64,000 nucleotides of DNA from Hellea sp. (GCA_039977295.1 JBDWDN010000009.1:337717-401716), one strand, 5' to 3'. Numbered from the stretch's first letter, positions 9,734-19,348 are shown. Notes: generated from the sequence alone by a model not told the origin. Numbers and translations are program-made.

Positions 9734-10765
9734 ATGAGCCATGATTTTGTTCCCGTTCAGTGGAACCGTCAAAAATTTTTCTATGACGGGATATTGCTTG
9801 TAGCTATTTTTGGATTTCTAGCGAGCTTTATCCTGCTTGGACTACGAACTCCATCAGCCGACGTCTCTATCTTGATGATCCGCGGTTTCGGTAGCTGTGC
9901 GATTGTGTTGTTGCATATTATTTTGGCCATCGGGCCGTTGGCGCGGTTATCAGCGCGTTTCAAGCCCCTGCTATATAACCGCCGTCATTTAGGCGTTGTT
10001 ACAGCATTGATTGGCCTGGCACATGGCGGGTTAGCCTTGATGTGGTATCATGGGTTTGGAGTTATCAATCCAATAGCATCTGCCATTGGTGGGTATGGGG
10101 ATTACGGCGTTCCAATTGAATTCCCATTTGAGAGCCTTGGGTTAATCGCACTAATTATTCTACTCATCATGGCCGCCACCAGTCACGATTTTTGGTTGTC
10201 GCGCCTAAGACCTCCTGTCTGGAAGGCTTTGCATATGAGCGTCTATGTCGCCTATGCGGCTTTAGTCGGGCATGTGGCGCTGGGAACAGCGCAATTTGAT
10301 AAAGGGTCGGGCCTCCTAATTGCACTGACGATTGGGGCTGTGAGCCTAACAGGTTTGCATCTTGCAGCGCTCTTAAAAGGACGTAGTCTCGATACAAAGT
10401 CTTCTCAGGAGTCAGATTGGATTAATGTAGGCGAACCTATGTCTATCCCCATGAATAAGGCTGTGACCGTAACTCCGAAGTCAGGAGAACGCATAGCCAT
10501 TTTCCGGCAAAGCAAAGGCGTTTCTGCTATCGTGGCTATATGCTCTCATCAAAACGGGCCTCTGGGTGAGGGCTGTATTCGAGACGGGCTGATCACGTGT
10601 CCCTGGCACGGATTTCAGTTTGACCCCGAGACTGGGGCTGCTCCCGCACCATTTGAAGATCGTGTGCAGACACACGAAGTTAAAATCGAAAATGGAGAGG
10701 TTTGGGTTAAAGCTGCGCCTGATGTGCTAGGCACCCCCCGCAAAGCTGTTGAGGTGACCTCATGA
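9734..10765 (+). CDS. membrane cytochrome-b-like (ferric-reductase-type TM) domain fused to C-terminal Rieske domain
   Basis: The track ORF starts at a TTG at 9665; an ATG at 9734 carries a GGGAG RBS. The N-terminal domain has ~6 TM helices with conserved His (HIILAIG, GLAHGGL, WKALHMSVY). The C-terminus carries CSHQNGPL...CPWHGF. Confidence 0.6.
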   Translation: MSHDFVPVQWNRQKFFYDGILLVAIFGFLASFILLGLRTPSADVSILMIRGFGSCAIVLLHIILAIGPLARLSARFKPLLYNRRHLGVVTALIGLAHGGLALMWYHGFGVINPIASAIGGYGDYGVPIEFPFESLGLIALIILLIMAATSHDFWLSRLRPPVWKALHMSVYVAYAALVGHVALGTAQFDKGSGLLIALTIGAVSLTGLHLAALLKGRSLDTKSSQESDWINVGEPMSIPMNKAVTVTPKSGERIAIFRQSKGVSAIVAICSHQNGPLGEGCIRDGLITCPWHGFQFDPETGAAPAPFEDRVQTHEVKIENGEVWVKAAPDVLGTPRKAVEVTS

Positions 10766-11517
10766 GTAATGAAGATGATTTTTATGTTGGTTACGGACCT
10801 CTTCCCAATAAGGATCGCCGATTTTTATTAAAAGCTGTCCCTGCCGGGCTCTTAGGGATCGCGGGAGCGGGAGCATTTGTTGGGACGCGCGGGGCCTCCG
10901 AAGGCGGCGGACAATGGGAGACTGGGACGCCCGTAACGTTACAGGGCCGGATAGGGTTTCATCCTTATCCCGTGCTGTGGGTTGGCGAGGTCGGACATGT
11001 CATCGCGGGCATTGGAAAAAAGAGCGCAGATTCTTATTGCGCAGTATTTGAAGGGCAAAACGTTGAAGTCACAGGCGTTAGAATTATACGTAATGATTGT
11101 TTTATGCTGGGTGTCGCCAAAGGCGGCATAAAAGCTATTGAGCAATCTACAGCTCCTGTTCCGACGCCTGCTCCAATGAAGGATGTCTCTATCATTGGAG
11201 AAGTTCTAGACGCGCAGTGTTTCATGGGTATTATGAACCCAGGATATGGTAGAACGCATCGCGGATGTGCGACGCAGTGTATTCGGGGCGGGCAACCTGT
11301 CTTTTTTTCATTCGGACTTAGCGGGCGTAAGGGACCATCAGGCCCACAAACTTGTGGCGGCAATGGGTTCCTCTTAGCGAATGCTACGGGCGGAAAAATA
11401 AATACCGAGATTTTAGACCACGTGGCCGTGCCTGTTACGATTGACGCTAAATTAGAAAAAATTGGGAACTTGTACCGCCTTGTCTATCAATCAGGAAGTT
11501 TGAGACGACTATCGTGA
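10762..11517 (+). CDS. Tat-signal secreted Cys-rich protein, unknown function
   Basis: Twin-arginine motif DRRFLLKAVPAGLLG plus 8 Cys in the mature part. GAGGTGA RBS. It overlaps both neighbours. Confidence 0.45.
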   Translation: MSNEDDFYVGYGPLPNKDRRFLLKAVPAGLLGIAGAGAFVGTRGASEGGGQWETGTPVTLQGRIGFHPYPVLWVGEVGHVIAGIGKKSADSYCAVFEGQNVEVTGVRIIRNDCFMLGVAKGGIKAIEQSTAPVPTPAPMKDVSIIGEVLDAQCFMGIMNPGYGRTHRGCATQCIRGGQPVFFSFGLSGRKGPSGPQTCGGNGFLLANATGGKINTEILDHVAVPVTIDAKLEKIGNLYRLVYQSGSLRRLS

Positions 11518-12725
11518 CGCTCAATCTATTCTTAATATTTGGAACTGTCTTTTTTGTCTTTGCATTAGTTTCTAAGCGTATTCAGGGCACAATTTTCACG
11601 CCGCCAATACTGTTCACCATAGGCGGCCTTTGTTTATCAACCTTACTTATGGAAACAGCCGGTTTGACCTATAATGAGGGCGGGCTTCACGTTATAGCAG
11701 AACTAACACTCATTCTTGTGTTAGCAGCAGACGCCTCACAAATTTCGTTCGATAAATTAAAAAAACAAAAAGCAATTCCCTTTCGCTTATTACTTATTGG
11801 GTTGCCGCTCATCATCTTAATGGGGACATTGGTTGGGCATACTGTATTCCCCGGAATCGGGTGGTATGAGGCCGCATTGATTGCCGCTATTTTGGCCCCA
11901 ACAGATGCAGCTCTAGGGGCCTCCGTCTTAGCTGACAAAACTGTTCCGCTCAAGATACGCCAAGGCTTGAATGTTGAGAGCGGGTTGAATGACGGCATCG
12001 CCTTACCCGCTGTTCTATTTTTCGCCTGTTTTTTGAACATGGCGCACCAATCTGGCGAAGAAAACTGGCTCATTTTTCTTAGTCTTCAACTCATCATTGG
12101 CCCTATTGCTGGGCTTATAGTAGGATGGGTCGGGGGTCACCTTATTGCTTGGGCTGCGAAAAAAGAGTGGATGACATCAGAGTTTCAAGGCGTAGCCGCA
12201 ATAGCCCTCGCCGTGATTGCCTTCGCTGTTGCCGAAGTCTGTCATGGCAACGGCTTTATTGCAGCTTTCGTAGCGGGCCTAACTTATGGCAATCTGCATG
12301 TCAGTTATTCAAAATTTCTGCATGAATTTACCGAAACAGAAAGTCAGTTTTTAAGCTATTTGACCTTCTTTCTATTTGGAGCCCTAATTTTACCAGAGGC
12401 CATACCGCATATTAATGGGCAGATCATTCTGTATGCAGTCTTTAGCCTCACGTTAATTCGCATGTTACCAGTCTTCATTGCGATGTTAGGATTAGGTCTT
12501 CGTTTACCGGCGATTGGATTCATGGGCTGGTTTGGTCCAAGAGGACTTGCGTCTCTTCTCTTTGCACTTCTGATTCTGGAGGATTTAAACGTTCAACAGG
12601 CCGAATTCATTCAAACTGTTGTCGCCACCACAGTCCTTTTCAGCGTCATTCTGCACGGGGTCACAGCCGCGCCTTTAAGTAAGAAGCTTGGGCAGGCTTA
12701 TAGCGATAACGGTCTAAAGAACTAA
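11514..12725 (+). CDS. Na+/H+ (cation:proton) antiporter, CPA1 family
   Basis: 403 aa with 10-12 TM helices in a CPA1-like arrangement. GTG start overlaps the preceding stop. Confidence 0.7.
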   Translation: MTLNLFLIFGTVFFVFALVSKRIQGTIFTPPILFTIGGLCLSTLLMETAGLTYNEGGLHVIAELTLILVLAADASQISFDKLKKQKAIPFRLLLIGLPLIILMGTLVGHTVFPGIGWYEAALIAAILAPTDAALGASVLADKTVPLKIRQGLNVESGLNDGIALPAVLFFACFLNMAHQSGEENWLIFLSLQLIIGPIAGLIVGWVGGHLIAWAAKKEWMTSEFQGVAAIALAVIAFAVAEVCHGNGFIAAFVAGLTYGNLHVSYSKFLHEFTETESQFLSYLTFFLFGALILPEAIPHINGQIILYAVFSLTLIRMLPVFIAMLGLGLRLPAIGFMGWFGPRGLASLLFALLILEDLNVQQAEFIQTVVATTVLFSVILHGVTAAPLSKKLGQAYSDNGLKN

Positions 12726-12765
12726 ACTTAAGCAAAGTAGATATGGTGACAGAATAACTCATCAT

Positions 12766-12885
12766 GCGAGCGGCTTAAAATCGTCCAAAACAACCCCTGG
12801 GCCAGAGGCGATAAAGGCCGAAAGTCGGACGCTAAGTTATTTCAGTTTAGGCGGCAAGCCGGACATCAACTGACATATATTAAAT
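12766..12885. repeat. intergenic repeat copy A (core GCGAGCGGCTTAAAATC...AGAGGCGATAAA...GGCAAGC)
   Basis: About 75% identical to copy B over ~100 bp; coordinates approximate. Confidence 0.55.
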
Positions 12886-12971
12886 TTTTGAGATAAAGTT
12901 TCTTGATTATGTTAGTATCATTTTGCGTAGCCTATCATTTTGTTTTACCTCGTAAGACAGAGGCCTAAGCA

Positions 12972-14189
12972 ATGACATCAACATTACAAAACCCCCAGCG
13001 TAAGAGCTATGATATTGTCATCATTGGGGGCGCTATAATGGGGGCCTCTACTGCGTGGTTTTTGTCAAATAATAAAGATTTCGATGGATCCGTTTTAGTG
13101 GTAGAGCGTGACCCAAGCTATGAGAACTCCTCTACCATGCATACAAACTCTTGTATGCGGCAACAATTTTCGGCAGAGCTAAATGTTCGCATTTCTCAAT
13201 TCGCGGCAGAGTTTGTAAAAAATATCAGAGAATACATGGATGGGGATGAGCTTGTGCCGCAGCTGTCCATTCAGAATTTCGGCTATATGTATTTTGCCGA
13301 TAATGAAGATTTTGCCGATGTTTTGCGTGAGAGCCAAAAGGTTCAGCGTAATGCAGGGGCTGCTACACAGCTTTTTAGTCCCGCTCAAATCAAGCAAAAA
13401 TATCCGTTTTACAATGTCGATGATATTGTCTTGGGTTCAATCAATCTTATCGATGAAGGCTATTGGGACGGAACAGCTGTGTTTGATGCTTGGCGGCGTC
13501 AATCCCGAAAAAGCGGTGTGGAGTTTATAGCCAATGAAGTTGTCGCCATGACCAAAAGAGCTGACGGCACACACGTTGATAGCGTCACCCTTAAATCCGG
13601 CGACGTCATTGCCTGCGGCAAGGTGCTGAACGCATCTGGGCCGCGGGCCTCCCGCACCGCGCGGATGGCTGGCATAGATGTGCCTGTGGAGCCTCGCAAA
13701 CGCTTTAGCTGGATATTCGCAGCGCAACAGCCACTGGGTCAAGATCTGCCGCTTACGATTGATCCGTCCGGCGTCCATGTGCGCGAGAATGGCGGCGGGA
13801 CTTATCAATGCGGCGCGCATTCTCATATTGACCCCGCCGTAGACTATGATGATTTTGTGATGGATTTTGATATTTGGGAAAACCATGTCTGGCCCATACT
13901 TGCAACGCGCATTCCCCAATTTGAAGCCGTCAAAGTCCAGAGCGAATGGGCCGGGCATTACGCCTATAACACATTTGATCACAATGCGATAATGGGCCCG
14001 CATGATGACGTTGAAAACTTCTATTTCCTCAATGGATTTTCGGGCCACGGATTGCAGCAATCGCCGGCTATGGGGCGCGGAACAGCAGAGATGCTGATTT
14101 ATGGCGAATATAGAAGCCTTGACCTCTCGCCTTTTAACTATAGCCGTATTCCAAGTAATAATCCGATAATTGAAAAGGCCGTTATTTAA
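12972..14189 (+). CDS. FAD-dependent oxidoreductase (DAO family; sarcosine oxidase beta/D-amino-acid dehydrogenase-like)
   Basis: N-terminal Rossmann motif YDIVIIGGAIMGASTAWFL; 405 aa. Confidence 0.75.
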   Translation: MTSTLQNPQRKSYDIVIIGGAIMGASTAWFLSNNKDFDGSVLVVERDPSYENSSTMHTNSCMRQQFSAELNVRISQFAAEFVKNIREYMDGDELVPQLSIQNFGYMYFADNEDFADVLRESQKVQRNAGAATQLFSPAQIKQKYPFYNVDDIVLGSINLIDEGYWDGTAVFDAWRRQSRKSGVEFIANEVVAMTKRADGTHVDSVTLKSGDVIACGKVLNASGPRASRTARMAGIDVPVEPRKRFSWIFAAQQPLGQDLPLTIDPSGVHVRENGGGTYQCGAHSHIDPAVDYDDFVMDFDIWENHVWPILATRIPQFEAVKVQSEWAGHYAYNTFDHNAIMGPHDDVENFYFLNGFSGHGLQQSPAMGRGTAEMLIYGEYRSLDLSPFNYSRIPSNNPIIEKAVI

Positions 14190-14216
14190 CGTTCGGCTAT
14201 ATAAGGTGATATCCCT

Positions 14217-15053
14217 ATGAAACGCATAGTCTTAACTGGAGCCGCTGGGCGCCTGGGGTCTTATTTGCGAGAGCCTTTAAGTAAGTTAGCAGACGAACTC
14301 GTCTCTTCTGATATCGTCACTGACATTGGTAAACTCTATCCAAATGAGCGGTATATGAAAGCCGATATCGCTGAAATGGACGATATTATGCCACTCTTAA
14401 AAGGCGCAGATATGGTTGTTCATTTCGGCGCCTTTGTCGATGAAGGACCGTTTGAAAAGCTGCTTGGCCCAAATTTTATCGGCGCTTATAATATCTGGGA
14501 ATCTGCCTATAAAAACGGCCTAAAGCGCGTTGTTTACGCCAGCTCAATTCATGCTGTTGGGATGTATCCGAAGAATGAGTTTATCGGTACGGATGTGCCT
14601 CATCGTCCAGATACTTTTTATGGACTTGCCAAATGTTTTGCTGAGGATTTAGGAAGCCTTTACTGGGATAAGCTCGGGCTCGAAAGCGTTCACATGCGCA
14701 TTCTTTCATGCGCCCAAGTCACAAACCCTCGCGCCGTCGGATCATGGCTATCTTATGATGATCTTATCCAGCTTGTAGAAAAGTCGGTCACCACACCCGT
14801 GACAGGATTTAGCATTGTCTATGGGGTCTCCAATAATGACCGCGCGCCGGTTGATAATGCTAAAGCCAGCCATTTAGGATACCGTCCCAAGGACAACGCA
14901 GAACAATTCGCCAAAGAGGTTTACGAGGCCAACCCGCCGCTTAATCCTCAAGATATTGGCGATTACTGCCACGGCGGCCCCTTTGCTTCAATAGACCTTG
15001 GACATGGCGCTATGGGGGGTGTGAATATTGTGGATGATAGGAAGAAAATTTAG
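14217..15053 (+). CDS. NAD-dependent epimerase/dehydratase-family SDR, uronate dehydrogenase (Udh)-like
   Basis: MKRIVLTGAAGRLG Rossmann motif, YGLAKCF (YxxxK), length 278 aa. The overall pattern resembles Udh. AAGGTGA RBS. Confidence 0.55.
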   Translation: MKRIVLTGAAGRLGSYLREPLSKLADELVSSDIVTDIGKLYPNERYMKADIAEMDDIMPLLKGADMVVHFGAFVDEGPFEKLLGPNFIGAYNIWESAYKNGLKRVVYASSIHAVGMYPKNEFIGTDVPHRPDTFYGLAKCFAEDLGSLYWDKLGLESVHMRILSCAQVTNPRAVGSWLSYDDLIQLVEKSVTTPVTGFSIVYGVSNNDRAPVDNAKASHLGYRPKDNAEQFAKEVYEANPPLNPQDIGDYCHGGPFASIDLGHGAMGGVNIVDDRKKI

Positions 15054-15122
15054 CAGCCTAGAGGATCCTAAAAACGCGCATGGAAATATTACAACAATAA
15101 AATACCGCGATGGCGGAGTTCA

Positions 15123-15225
15123 GCGAGCGGCTTAAAATCAGCCAAACTAAGCCTAAAGGCTAGAGGCGATAAACGCCCAAAGAAGCCGCAGAACTGACGC
15201 CAGCTCGGCAAGCTAATCATTCCCT
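15123..15225. repeat. intergenic repeat copy B
   Basis: GCGAGCGGCTTAAAATCAGCC...AGAGGCGATAAACGCC...CGGCAAGC; coordinates approximate. Confidence 0.55.
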
Positions 15226-15290
15226 AATCTGGATTTGTTGCTCGCGATTAAACTTGAAAGCGGAAACGGAACAATAGTATCAAATTGGCA

Positions 15291-16430
15291 ATGCTAAAAT
15301 TTGCCATCAAGGAAGAGTATACTCTTACGCCTGAAATATATGGGCATGAGCTCGGGTTTGATGTTGCCCAATTAAGGCGTGTTGAATTTGCAAACTTCAT
15401 GGCTATCGGAAATAAACGCCTCGTTATTCACTTTAGAGCCCAACCGTTCAATCGCGATGACCTTACAGATGAAGGTCTGATTTGTGAATTAGGAGGTTCA
15501 AATTTTATTCCAAGGAATATGTCTAAGGCCTTGAATTCCGGCCAAAGAGAAAGGCCACATGCATTCCAAGCTTGGCGATCATGCCGTCTAAACGGCTCAC
15601 TATTGTTTACCGGCCCCGCAGACAAAGCCCAATTATTTTCAGATTACGGTAAGGATGACTCTCTGGATATATCTATTAAAAACCCACTCCAAGATACGCG
15701 TGATGACTGGGGGAATTCATTGAGGTTTCGTCAAAATGAGTTTCAAACCTCTATTGGTGAAGGCTCGCTCATTCCCATACCCATAAAATTCAATGGCAAA
15801 ACTAACCGCATTGGTATTTTGAATGTTGACTTAGGTAATCAGAAGGCAAAATGGATAACAAATTTGCCCCCTCAATCTGTAAGTTTAAAGGGTAAGGTCT
15901 CACGCATTTGGAGGCGACCGAAAAGCAATGCCAATGCTGACCCTCTCATCAAGATTTCCGCTGACGCACTCTTTCCTGGGAGCAAATTTGATATGGTGGT
16001 TACGCATTCCATGCTCAGGGGTGGCGAGCTATATATTTTTACGCGAGGTGTTCATGAGGCGACTTATGTGCGAGGCGGGCATCAATTTAGCGCGATTGCG
16101 CACATCGGTGTAGACGGAAAGGTAATTTCATTTCCATTTATTCAAAACCATCTTGCACATAATGACCAAAAAAAGAGAGGCCATTTCGCAAGTTTCACCT
16201 CGTCGAGAAAATACTGCATTCTGAAATCAATTTACAAACCTGCGGATGACTGGAAGGGGAAGCAAAGGCTATTTGATATGGATAGCCACGACCTTATTGA
16301 ACTGAAATTGCCACGTGGATATTCAAGCTATCAGCTTGTTGATCACAATGATTTAGATTTTTGGTTTCAAAAACCGCTAACACCGGGACATCAAATGGAA
16401 ACGAAAATAATTCGTTGCGAAGTTATATAA
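15291..16430 (+). CDS. hypothetical protein (no recognisable domain), lower GC than flanks
   Basis: Track ORF starts at a TTG; the first ATG is at 15291. 380 aa with no motif I can recognise. GC is about 42%. Confidence 0.4.
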   Translation: MLKFAIKEEYTLTPEIYGHELGFDVAQLRRVEFANFMAIGNKRLVIHFRAQPFNRDDLTDEGLICELGGSNFIPRNMSKALNSGQRERPHAFQAWRSCRLNGSLLFTGPADKAQLFSDYGKDDSLDISIKNPLQDTRDDWGNSLRFRQNEFQTSIGEGSLIPIPIKFNGKTNRIGILNVDLGNQKAKWITNLPPQSVSLKGKVSRIWRRPKSNANADPLIKISADALFPGSKFDMVVTHSMLRGGELYIFTRGVHEATYVRGGHQFSAIAHIGVDGKVISFPFIQNHLAHNDQKKRGHFASFTSSRKYCILKSIYKPADDWKGKQRLFDMDSHDLIELKLPRGYSSYQLVDHNDLDFWFQKPLTPGHQMETKIIRCEVI

Positions 16431-16519
16431 CTTAATGATCTAGTCCCTGAAAATCTGGACACAGGCGGCGTCGCGGGTTATCCAAAATATTCAAGATTTC
16501 ATAAAAGAGACAAAGCCTG

Positions 16520-17029
16520 ATGTTCTTTAAAAAACCAATAGCATTTTTCATGTCTATAATGATGGCTTCATTCCTGCTTGCAAGCTGCAAGGTCTCGGTG
16601 AGTCCAGGGGGCCTTGAAGATAGCTTTGCGCCTGATGTTCGGGAAGATCCTATTCCAGAAGAATACGCTGCGCCGCTCTTCGCCTATGCTGACGGCGTGA
16701 TTGCCGATCTTTATAAAAATGATATTGAGTCGCTTCGCCAGAAGACCCATTCGGACTATTCTGACATGTTTGATGAGATGAGTTCCAAAGGCGCTATCAA
16801 ATTGCTAAATCCAAAAACGGCCGATCAAGCCAATAAAGAATATCTTGGCTATAATATGTATCAAACCAAAGACGGTCAGGTTTTCACGAGTCTATTTTAC
16901 CGCGTTCCGCGTGAAGGCGGGAATGACAACATCACGCTAAATGTCGACGCTGATATGACCGAGTGCTGCAGGCTTATGGGCTTTAATGTGCAGAAATTTG
17001 CTAAAAAGAGCCTCTTAGGGAAAGACTGA
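16520..17029 (+). CDS. lipoprotein, unknown function
   Basis: Signal peptide with lipobox LLASC; 169 aa. Confidence 0.45.
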   Translation: MFFKKPIAFFMSIMMASFLLASCKVSVSPGGLEDSFAPDVREDPIPEEYAAPLFAYADGVIADLYKNDIESLRQKTHSDYSDMFDEMSSKGAIKLLNPKTADQANKEYLGYNMYQTKDGQVFTSLFYRVPREGGNDNITLNVDADMTECCRLMGFNVQKFAKKSLLGKD

Positions 17030-17058
17030 GCCATTGAGCTACCCGCACTGGAGTGCTT

Positions 17059-17145
17059 GGCGGCTTAAAATTATTTCCCTCGGCTCATTGTTCCCACAAG
17101 ACCTAACACGCAAAGCAATCGCGCAGAGGCCGTCTAGGCAGAATT
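17059..17145. repeat. intergenic repeat copy C (divergent)
   Basis: GGCGGCTTAAAAT core plus GCAGAGGC; lies between convergent genes. Coordinates approximate. Confidence 0.4.
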
Positions 17146-17683
17146 ACAAGCCTGATACATTAGCGGCTTGGCTTATATTTATGCCAATTTGGGTCGCTTG
17201 GTAGGTTGGCCGCAGCGGTCTTGATGAGATATCTACCTCGCGCCGAAGCCAGGCTTGTCCTTCTAGAAGGTTAAGAGACTGCGAGAGAGCTCTATCCGAG
17301 ATTGAGGATAGGTCTGACTTTAGCTCGCCAAAATGCCGGGGGCGTTTCGTCACGGCGAGGATTGGCACCGTCCATGACTTTCGTAATATCTTAGTTTCAG
17401 CAGGCTGCGGAACTGCAGCTATTATATTACTCGCCGTCTTGGCGGCCCGCGCCCCTAAAGGCGTCAGTCTAAACTCTGGGCGCAATGGGTGACCATGGCC
17501 TGGATTTCGTTCCAATAGCTGCAAATCCACCAAATGTTTCAAACTCGCCCCGAAAGCTGTCCGGCTCGCCTTTGACGCCGTTAAAAGAGCCGCCTGCTTT
17601 CCAGGTACCCCCTCATGCAAGAGCGCTAAAATTTTTAGCGACCACGCCCGAGATGTAATCTTGACAAGTGCATTTATGTCCAT
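17144..17683 (-). CDS. HxlR-type winged-helix transcriptional regulator (tandem HxlR-like domains)
   Basis: 179 aa with HxlR-like wHTH segments (...RTAFGASLKHLVDLQLLER...). It is divergent from a VOC-family gene, the usual HxlR arrangement. Confidence 0.5.
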   Translation of the reverse strand: MDINALVKITSRAWSLKILALLHEGVPGKQAALLTASKASRTAFGASLKHLVDLQLLERNPGHGHPLRPEFRLTPLGARAAKTASNIIAAVPQPAETKILRKSWTVPILAVTKRPRHFGELKSDLSSISDRALSQSLNLLEGQAWLRREVDISSRPLRPTYQATQIGINISQAANVSGL

Positions 17684-17723
17684 AAAGTATAGTTACTATA
17701 TTTTTAATCGAAAGGGAAGCCCA

Positions 17724-18092
17724 ATGCCTATTGTTAATTTAGATAATACCATCACAATTGCGATATCCGTTAAAGACCGACACCTTAGCGCAAAGTGGTA
17801 TGAAGAAATGCTAGGATTCACGCTCATCCATCACATTGACGAAGCGGGATGGAGCGAGATGCAGACCAAAACAAAAGGCGTGACATTGGGCCTTGGTGAG
17901 CAAACAGAGCCAACTCCCGGTAATTCAGTTCCGGTTTTTGGGGTTGCTGATATCGACAAAGCTCGCAAAGACCTGGAGACTGCGGGCGTGAGCTTTGACG
18001 GAGACACAGAGACCATGGAAGGCATGGTTAGCATAGCGACGTTTTATGACCCTAATGGGAATGCTCTAATGCTAGCCCAAGACCTATCATAA
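17724..18092 (+). CDS. VOC/glyoxalase-bleomycin-resistance-family protein
   Basis: Track ORF starts at a TTG; an ATG at 17724 has an AAAGGGAAG RBS. ~122 aa with glyoxalase-like beta-alpha-beta-beta-beta motifs. Confidence 0.6.
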   Translation: MPIVNLDNTITIAISVKDRHLSAKWYEEMLGFTLIHHIDEAGWSEMQTKTKGVTLGLGEQTEPTPGNSVPVFGVADIDKARKDLETAGVSFDGDTETMEGMVSIATFYDPNGNALMLAQDLS

Positions 18093-18111
18093 GATGGCCT
18101 GAAAAGAGCTG

Positions 18112-19140
18112 TTAAAAGACGTCCGCATAAGCAAAGACTGCGGGCATGCCGCCCGTGTGAACAAATATGACCGTATCATCTTTGGTGAACTCGCCCTCTT
18201 TTATTAATCCGATAAGCCCGGCAAGGGCTTTTCCTGAATATACCGGATCCAAGATTATAGCTTCGAGTGACGCCGCGAGACTTATCGCTTCCAAGGTTGC
18301 AGAATGCGGCACCCCATAACTTGGCCCGGCATAGCCTGACAGGACTTTAGCTTTGGTATCTGGAATTTCCATGGACAATAACGCGGCGCCCTCGCGCATA
18401 TATTTTATGACATCGGCGCGAACTCTCTCGGGGTCTGCGTCAACATCAATTCCAATGATCTCTGTCTCGGGCAGGCAGGCCTGCGCCCCAATGATTAAGC
18501 CAGCTTGCGTCCCCCCGCTACCGCTTGCCGCAATTATGGCGGCAGGCTGAATATTCTCTTCCAGCGCTTGCTCTGCAATCTCGGCAACAGTTGACGCATA
18601 TGACAGCGCCCCCAGCCCGCAGGACACGCCATATGGCACGACGCAAGGCTTACGCCCCTGCGCGCGTAGAGTTTCCGCTAAAGCTTCTATTGGGCCGTTC
18701 CTATCCCCTTCCCATTCTGTGGGATGCATCACGGCTTTGAACAATTTGTTTAAAACAACATTGCCAGAGATATTATAATTAATGGAGGGCGGCTCAACGC
18801 GGTTTTGGTAAACGACTAAATGGCATTCTAGCCCTAATATGACAGCCGCTGTTGCGACTTGCCTTTGACTATTAGATTGAGGAACGCCGCCTGACACTAA
18901 GGTGTCACAGCCATTATTAACGGCCGAATGCAAATAACGATCTAACTTTCGCAACTTATTTCCGCCGCTAGAAATATGCGTTGCATCATCTCGCTTCACC
19001 CATATTTGGGGGCCGCCCAGATGGGCGGATAATTTGGCAAGTTTATGGAAGGGTGTTGGAGATGTGATGAGGCCAACTGGCGGGAAAGCCTCAAGCTTTC
19101 GTTTAAAATCTTCGATATATTTTCGGGCTTTATTATCCAT
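18112..19140 (-). CDS. PLP-dependent D-cysteine desulfhydrase/ACC deaminase-family enzyme
   Basis: Conserved SGGNKLRKL lysine motif near the N-terminus plus a tryptophan-synthase-beta-like fold. Track start is a GTG at 19155; an ATG lies at 19140. Confidence 0.75.
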   Translation of the reverse strand: MDNKARKYIEDFKRKLEAFPPVGLITSPTPFHKLAKLSAHLGGPQIWVKRDDATHISSGGNKLRKLDRYLHSAVNNGCDTLVSGGVPQSNSQRQVATAAVILGLECHLVVYQNRVEPPSINYNISGNVVLNKLFKAVMHPTEWEGDRNGPIEALAETLRAQGRKPCVVPYGVSCGLGALSYASTVAEIAEQALEENIQPAAIIAASGSGGTQAGLIIGAQACLPETEIIGIDVDADPERVRADVIKYMREGAALLSMEIPDTKAKVLSGYAGPSYGVPHSATLEAISLAASLEAIILDPVYSGKALAGLIGLIKEGEFTKDDTVIFVHTGGMPAVFAYADVF

Positions 19141-19277
19141 GCATAACTCTACCACTTTTATTGGCCATTCGCATTCATAATCTTATGCCGCTCTAAGATT
19201 AACGCTGCCTTCGCTCATCTCGTCTTGGCGCATGCTAGGCTAATACCGCGGAGGGACTGCTTCCTGCATTTGCGTCG

Positions 19278-19312
19278 CTAGAGCTTAAATGCTAACCTAA
19301 GCCTGAGTGTTT
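19278..19312. repeat. intergenic repeat copy D (partial)
   Basis: GAGCTTAAATGCTAACCTAAGCCTGAG is about 70% identical to the 5' half of copy B; it sits ~40 bp upstream of the esterase start. Confidence 0.35.
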
Positions 19313-19348
19313 CCCCTAATTGCATCAACACTGAGGGACGGAAACCTA

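Noticed and set aside
13437-14060. 207-aa minus-strand ORF nested in the FAD-oxidoreductase gene. The same applies to 5816..6151, 6646..7026, 31536..32675 and 42587..43027.
   Set aside because: These lie entirely antisense within longer ORFs that carry clear conserved motifs. They have no RBS or motif support and are typical antisense ORFs in GC-moderate DNA.
12766-17145. Intergenic repeats considered as integron attC sites delimiting gene cassettes.
   Set aside because: No R''/R' core sites (RYYYAAC / GTTRRRY) at the element ends. No integron integrase or Pc/attI is present in the window. The flanked units are two-gene blocks rather than single promoterless cassettes.
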